This document shows positions 25,135-35,000 of a stretch of DNA of 64,000 nt, in pieces. The notes below the pieces were generated by a model, which saw only the letters and a program-made list of their open reading frames with translations, had not been told where the DNA came from and did not search any database. The first letter of the stretch is position 1; the number at the start of each line of letters is the position of its first letter. The position numbers and the translations under genes are program-made. The stretch comes from Gammaproteobacteria bacterium (GTDB lineage: Bacteria; Pseudomonadota; Gammaproteobacteria; Steroidobacterales; GCA-2729495): the NCBI GenBank assembly GCA_021462865.1, contig JAJTYX010000059.1, positions 552 through 64,551 of the forward strand, read 5' to 3'.

Positions 25135-25357
25135 CACGACCTCCGGCCATACCAACGCAACACGGCGGGAGTTTTGTGCAGGCGGAATGTGGCAACAAAT
25201 AACGGGTTCTCAGTTTTTCGCGTGTTATGTGAAGAAGCGAAAAAAAGTTTATCGCCGCTCTGCGGGGACGATTTCCACGGCGCCGGGCCGAGCCCGCGCG
25301 GGCTCTGTTGGCGGAGTTGCCGGCACCGTCATCCGACATAGGCGGGTGATGTGGTGG

Positions 25358-25812
25358 CCCGGTGTCCGCCGAGCGCCGCTCCTCGCACATCCCTGTGCTC
25401 GTCGCGACGGGTTACGACGGCTGCTGCCCTCCTGGCAGCCGGCTCCACACGTGCTCTCGCCGGACACCGGGCCACCACCGGACTGCGCTCGGCGGCGGGT
25501 TTGCTGCCGCTGACCCAGCCGCACCGTCGGACTCGAGCCCTGTAGGAGGGACTTCAGTCCCGACCCGGTCCCGGTCAGGCAACGCCTTCGATACGCAGGA
25601 AGGTGTCGCGGTTCAGATCCCGAGACACTAAAGGTCGGTGCGCGATTGCGGTTGGCGACATCCATGATGCCGCCTGCGCACCGGGAGGTACTTCAGTCCC
25701 GACCGCCGCGACGTCCGGAAATACGGTCGGCACTGAAGTGCCTCCTGCAGGGTGCTGCCGCCCGCGGCGCTGAACGAAGCCGTGTAGGAGGGACTTTAGT
25801 CCCGACCCGGAT
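25358..25812. repeat. REPIN-like repeat block R: inverted copy of block L, expanded by an about 250-nt insertion with extra REP units
   Basis: 25360-25437 is about 90% identical to the reverse complement of 19873-19950. 25704-25810 matches the reverse complement of 19750-19860. REP units at 25540-25563 (+), 25683-25703 (+), 25726-25749 (-) and 25783-25806 (+). Confidence 0.85.
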
Positions 25813-25878
25813 GGTCACCGGGCACAAAGATGGCGGGTGGTATCCGGGGACGAGCCGAATCGCGCAGCGGTCCCGCAC

Positions 25879-26544
25879 TCAGCGCTTGCGCGCCAGCGTG
25901 AGGCCGTCGCCGATCGGCACCAGCGAGAGGTCGATGCGCTCGTCGCGGTGCAGGTGTTCGTTGAAAGCGCGAATGGCGCGGGTGTCCTCGTCGTCGACCT
26001 CGGGGCGCGCGACGTCGCCGCTCCACAGCGTGTTGTCCGCGCAGATCAGGCCGCCCGGGCGCAGCAGACCCAGCACGCGCTCGTAGTACGCGATGTAGTT
26101 GGTCTTGTCGGCATCGATGAAGGCGAAGTCGAAGCCGATGGTGCCGTCGGCGGCGAACTCATCGAGTGTCGCCAGCGCGGGCTGCAGCCGCAGCTCGATG
26201 CGTGCTTCCACGCCGGCCTCCCGCCAGAACTGCCGTGCCAGCTGCGTCCACTCATCGCTCACGTCGCAGGTGACGAGGTGACCGTCGGCCGGCAGCGCCA
26301 GCGCGACGGCCAGGCTCGAGTAGCCGGTGTAGGTGCCGAGTTCCAGGCAACGCTGCGCGCCGGTGAGGCGCACGAGGAACTGCATGAACTGCCCCTGGTC
26401 CGGGCCGATCTGCATCTGCGCGCCACGTACTCCCGCGGTGGCCGCGCGCAGGCGCGCGAGCACGGGCGCCTCACGGCTCGAATGTTCGACTACGTAGCGG
26501 TAGAGGGCGGGGTCGAGGGACAGGCTGCGCGGGGTGGGACCCAT
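25879..26544 (-). CDS. Class I SAM-dependent O-methyltransferase (caffeoyl-CoA/catechol OMT-like)
   Basis: ORF 25879..26691; ATG at 26544 (MGPTPRSL). Motifs CLELGTYTGYSSLAVALAL, FDFAFIDADKTNY and LLRPGGLICADNTLWSG are typical of the Methyltransf_3 family. Confidence 0.85.
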   Translation of the reverse strand: MGPTPRSLSLDPALYRYVVEHSSREAPVLARLRAATAGVRGAQMQIGPDQGQFMQFLVRLTGAQRCLELGTYTGYSSLAVALALPADGHLVTCDVSDEWTQLARQFWREAGVEARIELRLQPALATLDEFAADGTIGFDFAFIDADKTNYIAYYERVLGLLRPGGLICADNTLWSGDVARPEVDDEDTRAIRAFNEHLHRDERIDLSLVPIGDGLTLARKR

Positions 26545-26705
26545 GGGGCAAAGGTACCGGATTTTCACGGGTTTTGCGCCAGGCTCACAGGCCGTGACCG
26601 GCTGGCCCGACCGGCGCTTCTGCCATTCGCCCCCGGAGTGCAAAGCCGCTATCTTGGTGATGCAGGATCTGCGGCCCGCCGTGGCCGTCACCCGGGAGAA
26701 CGAAC

Positions 26706-27560
26706 GTGATGTTGCTGACAGGCGTGACCGGCAAGACGGGCGGCGAGACCGCCCGACAACTGCTCGCGAAGGGCGTGCGCTTCCGCGCGCTGGTTCGCGA
26801 CGAGGGCAAGGCCGCGGGACTCAAGGCCGCCGGCGTGCAGTTGGCGGTTGGCGACATCGCGCACGCCGATGTCGTGCGACGGGCCCTCGATGGTGTCGAA
26901 AAAGCGTTGCTGATACTGCCGAACGGCAGGACCCAGCAGGCCAGTGAAACGCAGTTCACCGATCTTGCCAGGGCTGCCGGAGTGAAGCACCTCATCAAGC
27001 TGTCTTCCATGGAGGCCGTCGCTCACGCCCGGACACCGATCCCGCAGGGCCACTGGGCCGTGGAGGAGTACATCCGGGGGTCGGGCCTCGGCTGGACCAT
27101 GATCAAGCCGAATTTCTTCATGCAGAACCTGCTCACCAGCGCGGCGAGCATCAAGAGTCAGCACCGGTTCTCGCTGCCCATGGGGAACGGCACGACCGGC
27201 ATGGCGGATGTTCGCGATATCGCCGCGGTTTGCGTCGAGGTGCTGACGGGGGCGGGCCACGCCGGCAAGAGCTACGAAATCACCGGCCCGGAGATCCTGA
27301 CGTTCAACGACGTGGCCGAGCGGTTCTCCGAGGTGCTCGGCGTGAAGATCGGGTACGTGCCGATGCCGATCGGGGACTTTCGCGAGCGCATGAAGAACGT
27401 GCTCGAGCCCTGGCATCTCAACGCCGTCTGCGAGCTCTTCCGCGAGATCGACGAGATCGGGCTCGACCACACGACGGGTACCGTCCGCCAGCTGCTCGGC
27501 CGCGAACCGATCCCGCTCCGGCAGTTCATCCGGGATCACGCAGCGTCGTTCCGGGGCTGA
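26706..27560 (+). CDS. NmrA-like / NAD(P)H-binding SDR-family protein
   Basis: N-terminal Rossmann motif MLLTGVTGKTGGETARQLLAKG and NmrA-like length (284 aa). Divergent from the OMT gene. Confidence 0.75.
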   Translation: MMLLTGVTGKTGGETARQLLAKGVRFRALVRDEGKAAGLKAAGVQLAVGDIAHADVVRRALDGVEKALLILPNGRTQQASETQFTDLARAAGVKHLIKLSSMEAVAHARTPIPQGHWAVEEYIRGSGLGWTMIKPNFFMQNLLTSAASIKSQHRFSLPMGNGTTGMADVRDIAAVCVEVLTGAGHAGKSYEITGPEILTFNDVAERFSEVLGVKIGYVPMPIGDFRERMKNVLEPWHLNAVCELFREIDEIGLDHTTGTVRQLLGREPIPLRQFIRDHAASFRG

Positions 27561-27823
27561 GCCGGCACCGGAAGGCTTCACGACAACCACGCGGTCGGCC
27601 GCCCGGCGGGCGGCTGCCGGATGCGGCGTTGCACCCGCAGGACCGCGGCGCTGGCTCCCGGGTGGTCATAATCCCCGCCTGGCGGCGGGCGCTCCGCGCG
27701 CGACTGCCGCGACACGACCTGATGCCCGGCCGAACCGTCCCTGCGGCATCGCAACCCGTTGCGTGCCACATCGATTTGGAGTGCAATGACCGGCAACAAC
27801 AACGAACCCGTGAGGTAGACACC

Positions 27824-28567
27824 ATGGCAGCCGCAGTGCCGGTGCCCGGATCCCGTTCCCGCGTTTCCCGGCAGCCTTCCGTGGCGATTGCGGCGCTTGC
27901 TGCGTTCGCCTGGATCGTGCCGGCGGGAGCCCATACGCCGCTCGACCCGGCGATCGTGGCCGAAGGTCATCCGACTGCCCACACCCAGGATCACGGCGAC
28001 ATGATCTGGCCGCCGCAGCCACGGGGCATCACGAACGTGACATCGCGGGCCGATACCGGCGAACGCGCACGGCTGACCAGGGCGCAGGAGAAGCTCGCAG
28101 CGGCCCTCGAGCGCGTGGCGCTGGTGGGCACTGACGTGCGCCAGGCGCTCGGCAACCGCTACACCCGGGTCGCCGTGCAACAGCACGCCGGCAAGGACGG
28201 TACGCCGGCCGAGCCGGTGCTCGTCTATTTCAGCCACGCGACGAATTCGACCGTCGAGGTCGCGATGGACCGCCAGCGCGTGCGCAGCGTGCACCGCGTT
28301 TCGGCCGCCGAGTACCAGCCGGAGATCACCGACGAGGAAGTCACCGAGGCCGAGGGCATCGCGCGGTCCCACTTCGCGAGCCTCGGCGAAGAGCGAGTCG
28401 CGCAACTGGAGGCCTTCGGCATCCTCGCCTACAAGCCGACCGGTAGCGGCTTCTACGATACGCGCGTCCTGTACATTTCCTTCCACCCGGACAACGACTC
28501 GTTTCCGGAGTATGCCGCCTGGGTGGACCTGACCAACCGGCGCGTCATCCGCACACTCATCGAGTAG
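27824..28567 (+). CDS. Hypothetical secreted protein
   Basis: ORF 27230..28567. ATG at 27824 gives a signal-like N-terminus (SVAIAALAAFAWIVPAGAHT). Good GC3 bias. No family recognised. Confidence 0.5.
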   Translation: MAAAVPVPGSRSRVSRQPSVAIAALAAFAWIVPAGAHTPLDPAIVAEGHPTAHTQDHGDMIWPPQPRGITNVTSRADTGERARLTRAQEKLAAALERVALVGTDVRQALGNRYTRVAVQQHAGKDGTPAEPVLVYFSHATNSTVEVAMDRQRVRSVHRVSAAEYQPEITDEEVTEAEGIARSHFASLGEERVAQLEAFGILAYKPTGSGFYDTRVLYISFHPDNDSFPEYAAWVDLTNRRVIRTLIE

Positions 28568-28654
28568 GAGCGGCGCGAGCCGCCCCGGGCAGGGTTCGAA
28601 ACCGGCTGCCGGCCCGCGGCGCCGGCGGCGGCAAATTGCTACGATTCGGCCCCG

Positions 28655-31528
28655 ATGGATCACGACCTCGCCGTCTTGCCTGAGCCATTGCGCGCCGAGA
28701 CGGCGCAGGTGCTCGACACACTGCTGGCGTTGCCGGAGATCCGCGGTGTGCTCGACCAGGATCCGTCCCTGCGGCCGACGCTCGCGCGGGTTGCCGCATG
28801 CAGTCCGTTCGCTGCCGGCGTGCTCAGCCGCTACCCGCAGCTTCTCGTGGACCTGGCCCGGCAAGGCCGGCTTGCCCGCTGCAGCGCTGAACACGAGCTT
28901 GCCGGGCTGGTCGCGGCCGCCGTGGCGGCGCAGCCGGGCGAAGACGCATTTCAACGCGGGCTGCGTCTGGCCCGGCACCGGGAACTGCTGCGCATCGTGT
29001 GGCGCGAGGTGGCAGGCGTTGCCACGGTCCGGGAGTCGCTGCGGGACCTTTCCGATCTTGCCGATGCAGCCATCCGCGCGGCGCTCGACTGGTCCCTGGA
29101 GCAACTGCGGCAGCGCCACGGCGTCGCGTGCCCCGAGGCGGGCGAGCCTTGCGGCTTCGCCGTCCTCGGCATGGGCAAGCTCGGCGGATTCGAGCTCAAT
29201 TTCTCCTCCGACGTGGACCTCGTGTTCGTGTACACCGAGGCGGGGGAGAGCGACGGCGCGAAACGGCTCAGCAACGAGGAGTATTTCCGGCTGCTTGGCC
29301 AGCGCCTGATCGCACTGCTTTCGCAGCAGACGGTCGACGGTTTCGTCTATCGCGTGGACGTGCGGCTGAGACCGTTCGGGGCGAGCGGGCCGCTCGCGCT
29401 CAGTCTCCCGGCGCTGGAGCATTACCTCATGCGCAACGGCCGGGACTGGGAGCGTTACGCCTACATCAAGGCGCGCGTCATCAATGACTGGGCGGACACC
29501 GGCTACTTCTACGATGCGGTCGTGCGGCCGTTCGTGTACCGCCGCTACCTCGACTATGGTGTGTTTGCGTCGCTGCGCGACATGAAAGCGCTCATCGAGG
29601 CGGAAGTGCAGCGCAAGGAGTACCAGGCCGACATCAAGCTCGGCCCCGGCGGGATCCGCGAAATCGAGTTCATCGTGCAGTCCTTCCAGCTCGTGCGGGG
29701 CGGCAGCGTGGCGGGGCTGCGCGGGCGCGAGATCCTCGAGGTGCTCCCGGCGCTGGCGCGACACGGATGCCTGTCGCCGTCGGCGGTCACCGGCCTGACC
29801 GAGGCCTACCTGTTCCTGCGACGGGTCGAGAACGCGATCCAGGCCATCGGCGACACGCAGACACACCTGTTGCCGGCGGACGGAATCAATCGCGACCGGC
29901 TGGTCCTCGCGCTCCGCTCCGCCGACTGGCAAACGCTCGCCGCAGACATCGAACGTCACCGGGAGACGGTGGCGAGGCATTTCCGCGACGTGGTATTCCG
30001 CGGTGAGGAGGGCGAAGCAACGGGCGGTCGCAGCCGCCTGCACCAGGTCTGGCGCGAGCAGGTCACGCCGGAGGCAGCCGCGGGCCTGCTGCGTGAGGCC
30101 GGCTTCGCGCATCCCGAGGAGATCCTCGAGCGCTTGCGGCAGCTGCGCTCGGCGAGCGCCCTGCAGCGGCTCGACGAACCGGGTCGCCAGCGGCTCAACG
30201 CTCTGGTCCCGGCCGTGCTGGAGATCGCCGGCCGCCAGTCGAACCCGCGGCTGGCGGTCGAGGGCGTGGCGCGGGTGATCGAAGCGGTCGGCAGGCGCTC
30301 TGCTTACTTCGCGCTCCTCAACGAGAATCCAGCCGCCCGCGAGCGCCTGGTCAGCCTGTGCGCCATGAGCGACTTCCTGGCCAACCAGGTCGCCGCCCAT
30401 CCCCTGCTGCTCGACGAGTTGCTCGATCAGCGGATGTTCAGCGAGCCGCCCTCCCGCGCCGAACTCATCGCCGATCTCGCGCGCCGCCTCGACGCCGTTG
30501 CGGCGGAGGACAACGAGCGCTGGCTGGAGGCGCTGAAGAATTTCCAGCAGGCGGCGAAATTCCGGATCGCGGTTGCCGACCTTTCCGGGGTGCTGCCGCT
30601 GATGAAGGTCAGCGACCGGCTGACCGAGACGGCGGAACTGGTGCTGCAGGCTTCGCTCGACCAGGCGGCCCGCGAGCTTGTCGTGCGCCACGGCCAGCCC
30701 CGCTGTGTCGTGGATGGCAAGATGCGCACCGCGGAGTTCGGGATCGCCGCGTACGGCAAGCTCGGCGGGCTGGAACTCGGCTACGCCTCCGATCTCGACC
30801 TCGTGTTCCTGCACGATTCGGCCGGTGAGGCCCAGCAGCCGGACGGTGAGAACCCGCTCGAGAACGCCGTGTTTTTCGCCCGCCTCGCCCGTCGCATCAT
30901 CAATATCGCCACCATGCTCACCGCCGGCGGACACCTCTACGAGGTGGACACGCGATTGCAGCCGGAGGGCAAGAAGGGGCTGCTCGTGACGAGCCTCGCT
31001 GCGCTGGAGAGCTACCAGAAGGACGGCGCATGGACCTGGGAGCACCAGGCGTTGCTGCGTGGTCGCGGCATCGCGGGCAGTGCGCAGGTGCTCGAAGGGT
31101 TCGAGGACCTGCGGCGGCGGGTGCTGACACAGTACGTGCGCCGCGACAGCCTGCGTGTGGACGTGCTCGACATGCGCGAACGCATGGTGAAGGAACTCGC
31201 AAAAGGCACCGCGGAGCTGTTCGACATCAAGCAGGATCCGGGCGGTATCACCGACATCGAGTTCATGGTGCAGTACCTGGTGTTGCGCGAGGCATGCTCC
31301 CAGCCGGCGCTGGCGCGCTGGTCGGACAACATCCGCCAGCTCGAGGCGCTGGTGGCTGCCGCGGTGATCCCGGCTGCCACCGGTGAACTGCTGACGGACA
31401 TCTACCGGAACTACCGCGAGCGCCTGCATCACCTGTCGCTGGCGGGCGAACCCGGATTCATGCCGCGGGCCGAAGCCGGGGACGCCATCGGCGCAGTGCG
31501 CCGGACCTGGGACCAGGTTTTCGGCTGA
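28655..31528 (+). CDS. glnE: Bifunctional glutamine synthetase adenylyltransferase / adenylyl-removing enzyme
   Basis: 957 aa. Two nucleotidyltransferase halves with duplicated G-K-L-G-G-x-E-L-x-x-x-S-D-x-D-L-x-F motifs (GMGKLGGFELNFSSDVDLVF and AYGKLGGLELGYASDLDLVF). Confidence 0.95.
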   Translation: MDHDLAVLPEPLRAETAQVLDTLLALPEIRGVLDQDPSLRPTLARVAACSPFAAGVLSRYPQLLVDLARQGRLARCSAEHELAGLVAAAVAAQPGEDAFQRGLRLARHRELLRIVWREVAGVATVRESLRDLSDLADAAIRAALDWSLEQLRQRHGVACPEAGEPCGFAVLGMGKLGGFELNFSSDVDLVFVYTEAGESDGAKRLSNEEYFRLLGQRLIALLSQQTVDGFVYRVDVRLRPFGASGPLALSLPALEHYLMRNGRDWERYAYIKARVINDWADTGYFYDAVVRPFVYRRYLDYGVFASLRDMKALIEAEVQRKEYQADIKLGPGGIREIEFIVQSFQLVRGGSVAGLRGREILEVLPALARHGCLSPSAVTGLTEAYLFLRRVENAIQAIGDTQTHLLPADGINRDRLVLALRSADWQTLAADIERHRETVARHFRDVVFRGEEGEATGGRSRLHQVWREQVTPEAAAGLLREAGFAHPEEILERLRQLRSASALQRLDEPGRQRLNALVPAVLEIAGRQSNPRLAVEGVARVIEAVGRRSAYFALLNENPAARERLVSLCAMSDFLANQVAAHPLLLDELLDQRMFSEPPSRAELIADLARRLDAVAAEDNERWLEALKNFQQAAKFRIAVADLSGVLPLMKVSDRLTETAELVLQASLDQAARELVVRHGQPRCVVDGKMRTAEFGIAAYGKLGGLELGYASDLDLVFLHDSAGEAQQPDGENPLENAVFFARLARRIINIATMLTAGGHLYEVDTRLQPEGKKGLLVTSLAALESYQKDGAWTWEHQALLRGRGIAGSAQVLEGFEDLRRRVLTQYVRRDSLRVDVLDMRERMVKELAKGTAELFDIKQDPGGITDIEFMVQYLVLREACSQPALARWSDNIRQLEALVAAAVIPAATGELLTDIYRNYRERLHHLSLAGEPGFMPRAEAGDAIGAVRRTWDQVFG

Positions 31529-31586
31529 GCGCGGGCCGCTTTCCCCTATAATCCGGGACCAAATTCCCCTTCCCGGAGATTGCGCA

Positions 31587-31793
31587 GTGGGCAAGCAGGC
31601 CGCCGATGCCGCACAACTGATCCAGCCGAATGCCGAGCATCTGTACCAGGTGACCCGGGCGGATTTGCCGCTGTCGTGCCCGATGCCCGGGATGTACCTG
31701 TGGAATTCCCACCCGCGCGTCTACCTGCCCATCGAGGCGACCGGCACGGTCAAGTGCTCGTATTGCGGGGCCGTCTACCAGCTGGTCCGCTGA
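31587..31793 (+). CDS. Zinc-finger (zf-CHCC, NDUFS6-like) domain protein
   Basis: 68 aa with a GTG start. Motif LSCPMPGMYLWNSHPRVYL...KCSYCGAVY. TATAAT at 31545-31550 lies upstream. Confidence 0.65.
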   Translation: MGKQAADAAQLIQPNAEHLYQVTRADLPLSCPMPGMYLWNSHPRVYLPIEATGTVKCSYCGAVYQLVR

Positions 31794-31854
31794 CCGGTGG
31801 CGGTGCGCTCGGGCCACGAACCCGCGCGCAGCCGCACCGGCTGACCACCGCGAC

Positions 31855-32952
31855 ATGTCCGAGGCTCACCCGACCGAGGCACCCGCACCTGCTGCGCTGA
31901 TCGCCCACGTCAATCTGGCCCGCGGCTTTCGCGGCGGTGAGCGCCAGACGGAACTGCTGTTGCGCGAACTCGCGACACTCGGCTGGCGCCAGCGGCTGGT
32001 TGCGCGGCGGGGCGAGCCGCTGGCACGGCGGCTTGCGGACGCCGGCCGGATCGAGCTGGCCGAGGTGACGGGAAACGTGCTGGCGGCGGCCGCGGCAATG
32101 CGCGGCGCCGCGCTGGTGCACGTGCACGAAGCGCGGGGTCTGCAGGCGGCATTCATGCAGCAGCTGTTGGGTGGTGCGCCCTACCTCGTCACCCGTCGCG
32201 TACAACAGGGCCCGACGCAACACGGGCTGAACCGGGCCATGTACCGGCGGGCGGCGGCCATCGTGGTGCTCTCGCGCGCCATTGGCGATGCAGTCGTCGC
32301 GCTCGATCCTGCGCTGCGCTGCCGGGTGATACCGAGCGCGGTCGCCGCCCTGCCGGTCGATCCGGGCCGCGCCGCGGAGATCCGCGCGCAGTTCGGCGGG
32401 TTCCTGGTCGGCCACGTCGGCGCGCTGGTGGACTCGCACAAGGGCCAGCGGCAGATTCTCGCCATGGCCCGGGAAACGGCCCGCAGTGCACCCACGATTC
32501 ACTTCCTGCTCATCGGCAAGGGGCGCGACGAGGCGTCGTTGCGCGAGCAGGGCGCGGGGCTCGCCAACCTGCATTTCGTCGGCGAGGTTGCCGACGTCGG
32601 GAACTATCTGGCCGCCTGCGACGTGTTTCTCTATCCTTCGCGCCATGAGGGCCTGGGCTCGGTCCTGCTCGATGCGATGGCTGCGGGATTGCCGGTCGTG
32701 GCAACGCGGGTCGGTGGCATCCCGGAGATCATCCATGACGGGATCAACGGCGTGCTCTGCGAGGTGGATGACATCGCGGGCCTGACCGCTGCGGTCCTGG
32801 CCCTGCAATCGGACCAGGCCCTGCGTGAGAGGCTGGCGACGGCCAACCGTGTCGCCGCCGGCCAGTACTCGGCTGCAGCCATGGCGAGCCGTTACGTCGA
32901 GGTCTACCGGGGACTGCTTCCCGCAGCGACGGGGATGGCGAGGCACTCATGA
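31855..32952 (+). CDS. Glycosyltransferase family 4 (LPS core glycosyltransferase-like)
   Basis: GT4 C-terminal motif [36 protein letters not shown] (E-x7-E). The stop overlaps the hldD start. Confidence 0.8.
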   Translation: MSEAHPTEAPAPAALIAHVNLARGFRGGERQTELLLRELATLGWRQRLVARRGEPLARRLADAGRIELAEVTGNVLAAAAAMRGAALVHVHEARGLQAAFMQQLLGGAPYLVTRRVQQGPTQHGLNRAMYRRAAAIVVLSRAIGDAVVALDPALRCRVIPSAVAALPVDPGRAAEIRAQFGGFLVGHVGALVDSHKGQRQILAMARETARSAPTIHFLLIGKGRDEASLREQGAGLANLHFVGEVADVGNYLAACDVFLYPSRHEGLGSVLLDAMAAGLPVVATRVGGIPEIIHDGINGVLCEVDDIAGLTAAVLALQSDQALRERLATANRVAAGQYSAAAMASRYVEVYRGLLPAATGMARHS

Positions 32953-33902
32953 TCATCGTGACCGGCGGGGCCGGGTTCATCGGCTCCAACATCGTGCAGC
33001 GACTGAACGGCGCGGGCATCAGCGACATCCTGGTGGTGGACGATCTCACCGACGGGCACAAGGCGCTCAACCTGGCCGGTACGCAGATCGCCGACTACAT
33101 GGATCGCGAGGAGTTCTTCCGGCGCATTGCCGCCAGGCAGGACGTTGCGGCGAAGGTGGTCGGCGTGCTGCACCAGGGCGCCTGCACGACGACGACCGAG
33201 TGGGACGGCCGCATGATGATGCAGGTGAATTTCGAGTTCTCGAAGCAGTTGCTCCACTACTGCCTCGACCGCCGCATTCCGCTGGTCTACGCCTCTTCCG
33301 CATCGGTGTACGGCGGCGGGCGCGAGTTCCGCGTTGCGCCGGAATGCGAGCGCCCGATCAATGTCTATGCCTGGTCCAAGCTCGTCTTCGATCAGTACGT
33401 GCGCCGCCTCGTCGCCGGCGCTCGTTCCCAGGTCGTCGGCCTGCGGTACTTCAACGTCTACGGTCCCGGCGAAGCCCACAAGGGCGCCATGGCGAGCGTC
33501 ATGTGGCACTTCCACAACCAGTTGCTCGGTGGCGATGAAGTGCGGCTGTTCGACGGCAGCCGCGGTTATGGACCGGGCGAGCAGGTGCGCGACTTCATTC
33601 ACGTCGACGATGTCGCGAGCGCCAACCTCTGGTTCCTCGAGCGCGGCGGCGCCCGCGGCATCTTCAACCTCGGCACGGGCATGGCGCGGAGCTTCAACGA
33701 CGTGGCGCGCGCCGTGATCGCCTGGCACGGTCACGGCAGGATCGGTTACATACCGTTTCCGGCGGGACTGACCGGCAGCTACCAGAGCTTTACGCAGGCC
33801 GACCTCACCACCTTGCGGCTCGCCGGCTACCAGGACGGATTCATCAGCCTGGAGGAAGGCGTCCGTTCCTATCTCGATACACTCAAGGCGCAGGAGCGCT
33901 GA
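32949..33902 (+). CDS. hldD: ADP-glyceromanno-heptose 6-epimerase
   Basis: [20 protein letters not shown]..., [20 protein letters not shown]. Length 317 aa. Confidence 0.92.
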   Translation: MIIVTGGAGFIGSNIVQRLNGAGISDILVVDDLTDGHKALNLAGTQIADYMDREEFFRRIAARQDVAAKVVGVLHQGACTTTTEWDGRMMMQVNFEFSKQLLHYCLDRRIPLVYASSASVYGGGREFRVAPECERPINVYAWSKLVFDQYVRRLVAGARSQVVGLRYFNVYGPGEAHKGAMASVMWHFHNQLLGGDEVRLFDGSRGYGPGEQVRDFIHVDDVASANLWFLERGGARGIFNLGTGMARSFNDVARAVIAWHGHGRIGYIPFPAGLTGSYQSFTQADLTTLRLAGYQDGFISLEEGVRSYLDTLKAQER

Positions 33903-33941
33903 GCCAGGCTCCGGCCGCAGGGACGCCCGACGGCATTACAG

Positions 33942-34961
33942 GTGAGCAGGGAGCACAAGATCCTGATTGTCGGGCCGGCCTGGGTCGGCGACATGGTCAT
34001 GGCGCAGTCGCTGTTCCGACTCCTGCGCCAGCGTGAGGCCGGTGCGCTCATCGACGTGATCGGGCCCGCGTGGTCCCTGCCGCTGGTCGCGCGTATGCCC
34101 GAAGTGCGCCGCGGGATTACCCTTGCTGCCGGTCATGGCGAACTGGCGCTGACCGCACGTCGTCGCCTCGCGCGCGAGCTGCGTGTCGAGGGGTACGAAC
34201 GCGCCATCGTGCTGCCGCGCTCCTTCAAAAGCGCCCTGGTGCCCTTCCTCGCCCGCATCCCGGTGCGCACCGGCTACCGCGCGGAAGGCCGCCGCTGGCT
34301 GCTTACCGATGCACGGGTTCTCGATCGCGGCCGGCTCGACCAGACGGTGAAACGCATGCTCGCGCTGGGGCTGCCCCCGGACGCGCCGCTGCCCGATCCG
34401 CCCGCGCCGTCCTTGCGCACGGATGCGGCCCATCGTGCCGCCCTGCTCGGGCGCCTTGGTCTCGGCCATGCGCCGGCCGTGGCGCTCCTGCCGGGCGCCG
34501 CCTACGGGCCGGCGAAACAATGGCCCATCGCGTATTTCGCGGAACTGGCCCGGCTGCTGGCCGGTAGGGGCGAGGAAGTCTGGGTGCTCGGTTCTGCCGC
34601 CGAGCGCGCGCTCGGCGCGCAGATCTGTGAAGCCGCGGGCGACATGGCGCACAACCTGTGCGGCGACACCGGTCTCGAGGATGTGGTCGATCTGCTCTCG
34701 GCCGCGCGCGCCGCAGTGACCAACGACTCCGGTCTCATGCACGTGGCTGCAGCCGCCGGGACTTACGTGGTGGCGATCTACGGCTCGAGTTCGCCGGCGT
34801 TTACGCCACCGCTGACTGCCCGGCGGAGCATTCACTACCTCGGGCTGTCGTGCAGCCCGTGCTTCGAACGCGAGTGTCCGCTCGGGCACCTGCGTTGCCT
34901 GCGTGAGATTTCGGCTGGCGACGTGCTGGCATCACTGCCCGCGATCCCGGCGGTGCAGTAG
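33942..34961 (+). CDS. waaF: LPS heptosyltransferase II (GT9)
   Basis: N-terminus KILIVGPAWVGDMVMAQSLFRLL and the C-terminal motif VTNDSGLMHVAAAAG. Ends with CSPCFERECPLGHLRCL, typical of WaaF. Confidence 0.85.
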   Translation: MSREHKILIVGPAWVGDMVMAQSLFRLLRQREAGALIDVIGPAWSLPLVARMPEVRRGITLAAGHGELALTARRRLARELRVEGYERAIVLPRSFKSALVPFLARIPVRTGYRAEGRRWLLTDARVLDRGRLDQTVKRMLALGLPPDAPLPDPPAPSLRTDAAHRAALLGRLGLGHAPAVALLPGAAYGPAKQWPIAYFAELARLLAGRGEEVWVLGSAAERALGAQICEAAGDMAHNLCGDTGLEDVVDLLSAARAAVTNDSGLMHVAAAAGTYVVAIYGSSSPAFTPPLTARRSIHYLGLSCSPCFERECPLGHLRCLREISAGDVLASLPAIPAVQ

Positions 34962-35000
34962 GCGTCGCGCCGGTACGGCAGGCTCGCGGACCCCTCGTCC

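Noticed and set aside
25540-25806. Possible CRISPR array (repeated about 24-nt units with 30-120-nt spacers)
   Set aside because: The units are imperfect, occur in alternating orientation, have irregular spacing, are self-complementary REP-type sequences, and no cas genes are nearby.
27578-31594. A 1338-aa ORF on the minus strand, the longest in the window
   Set aside because: It lies exactly antisense to glnE, whose product has unmistakable duplicated nucleotidyltransferase motifs. Its translation is Arg/Gly/Ala/Pro-rich with no recognisable domain. Long stop-free antisense frames are expected at this GC content.
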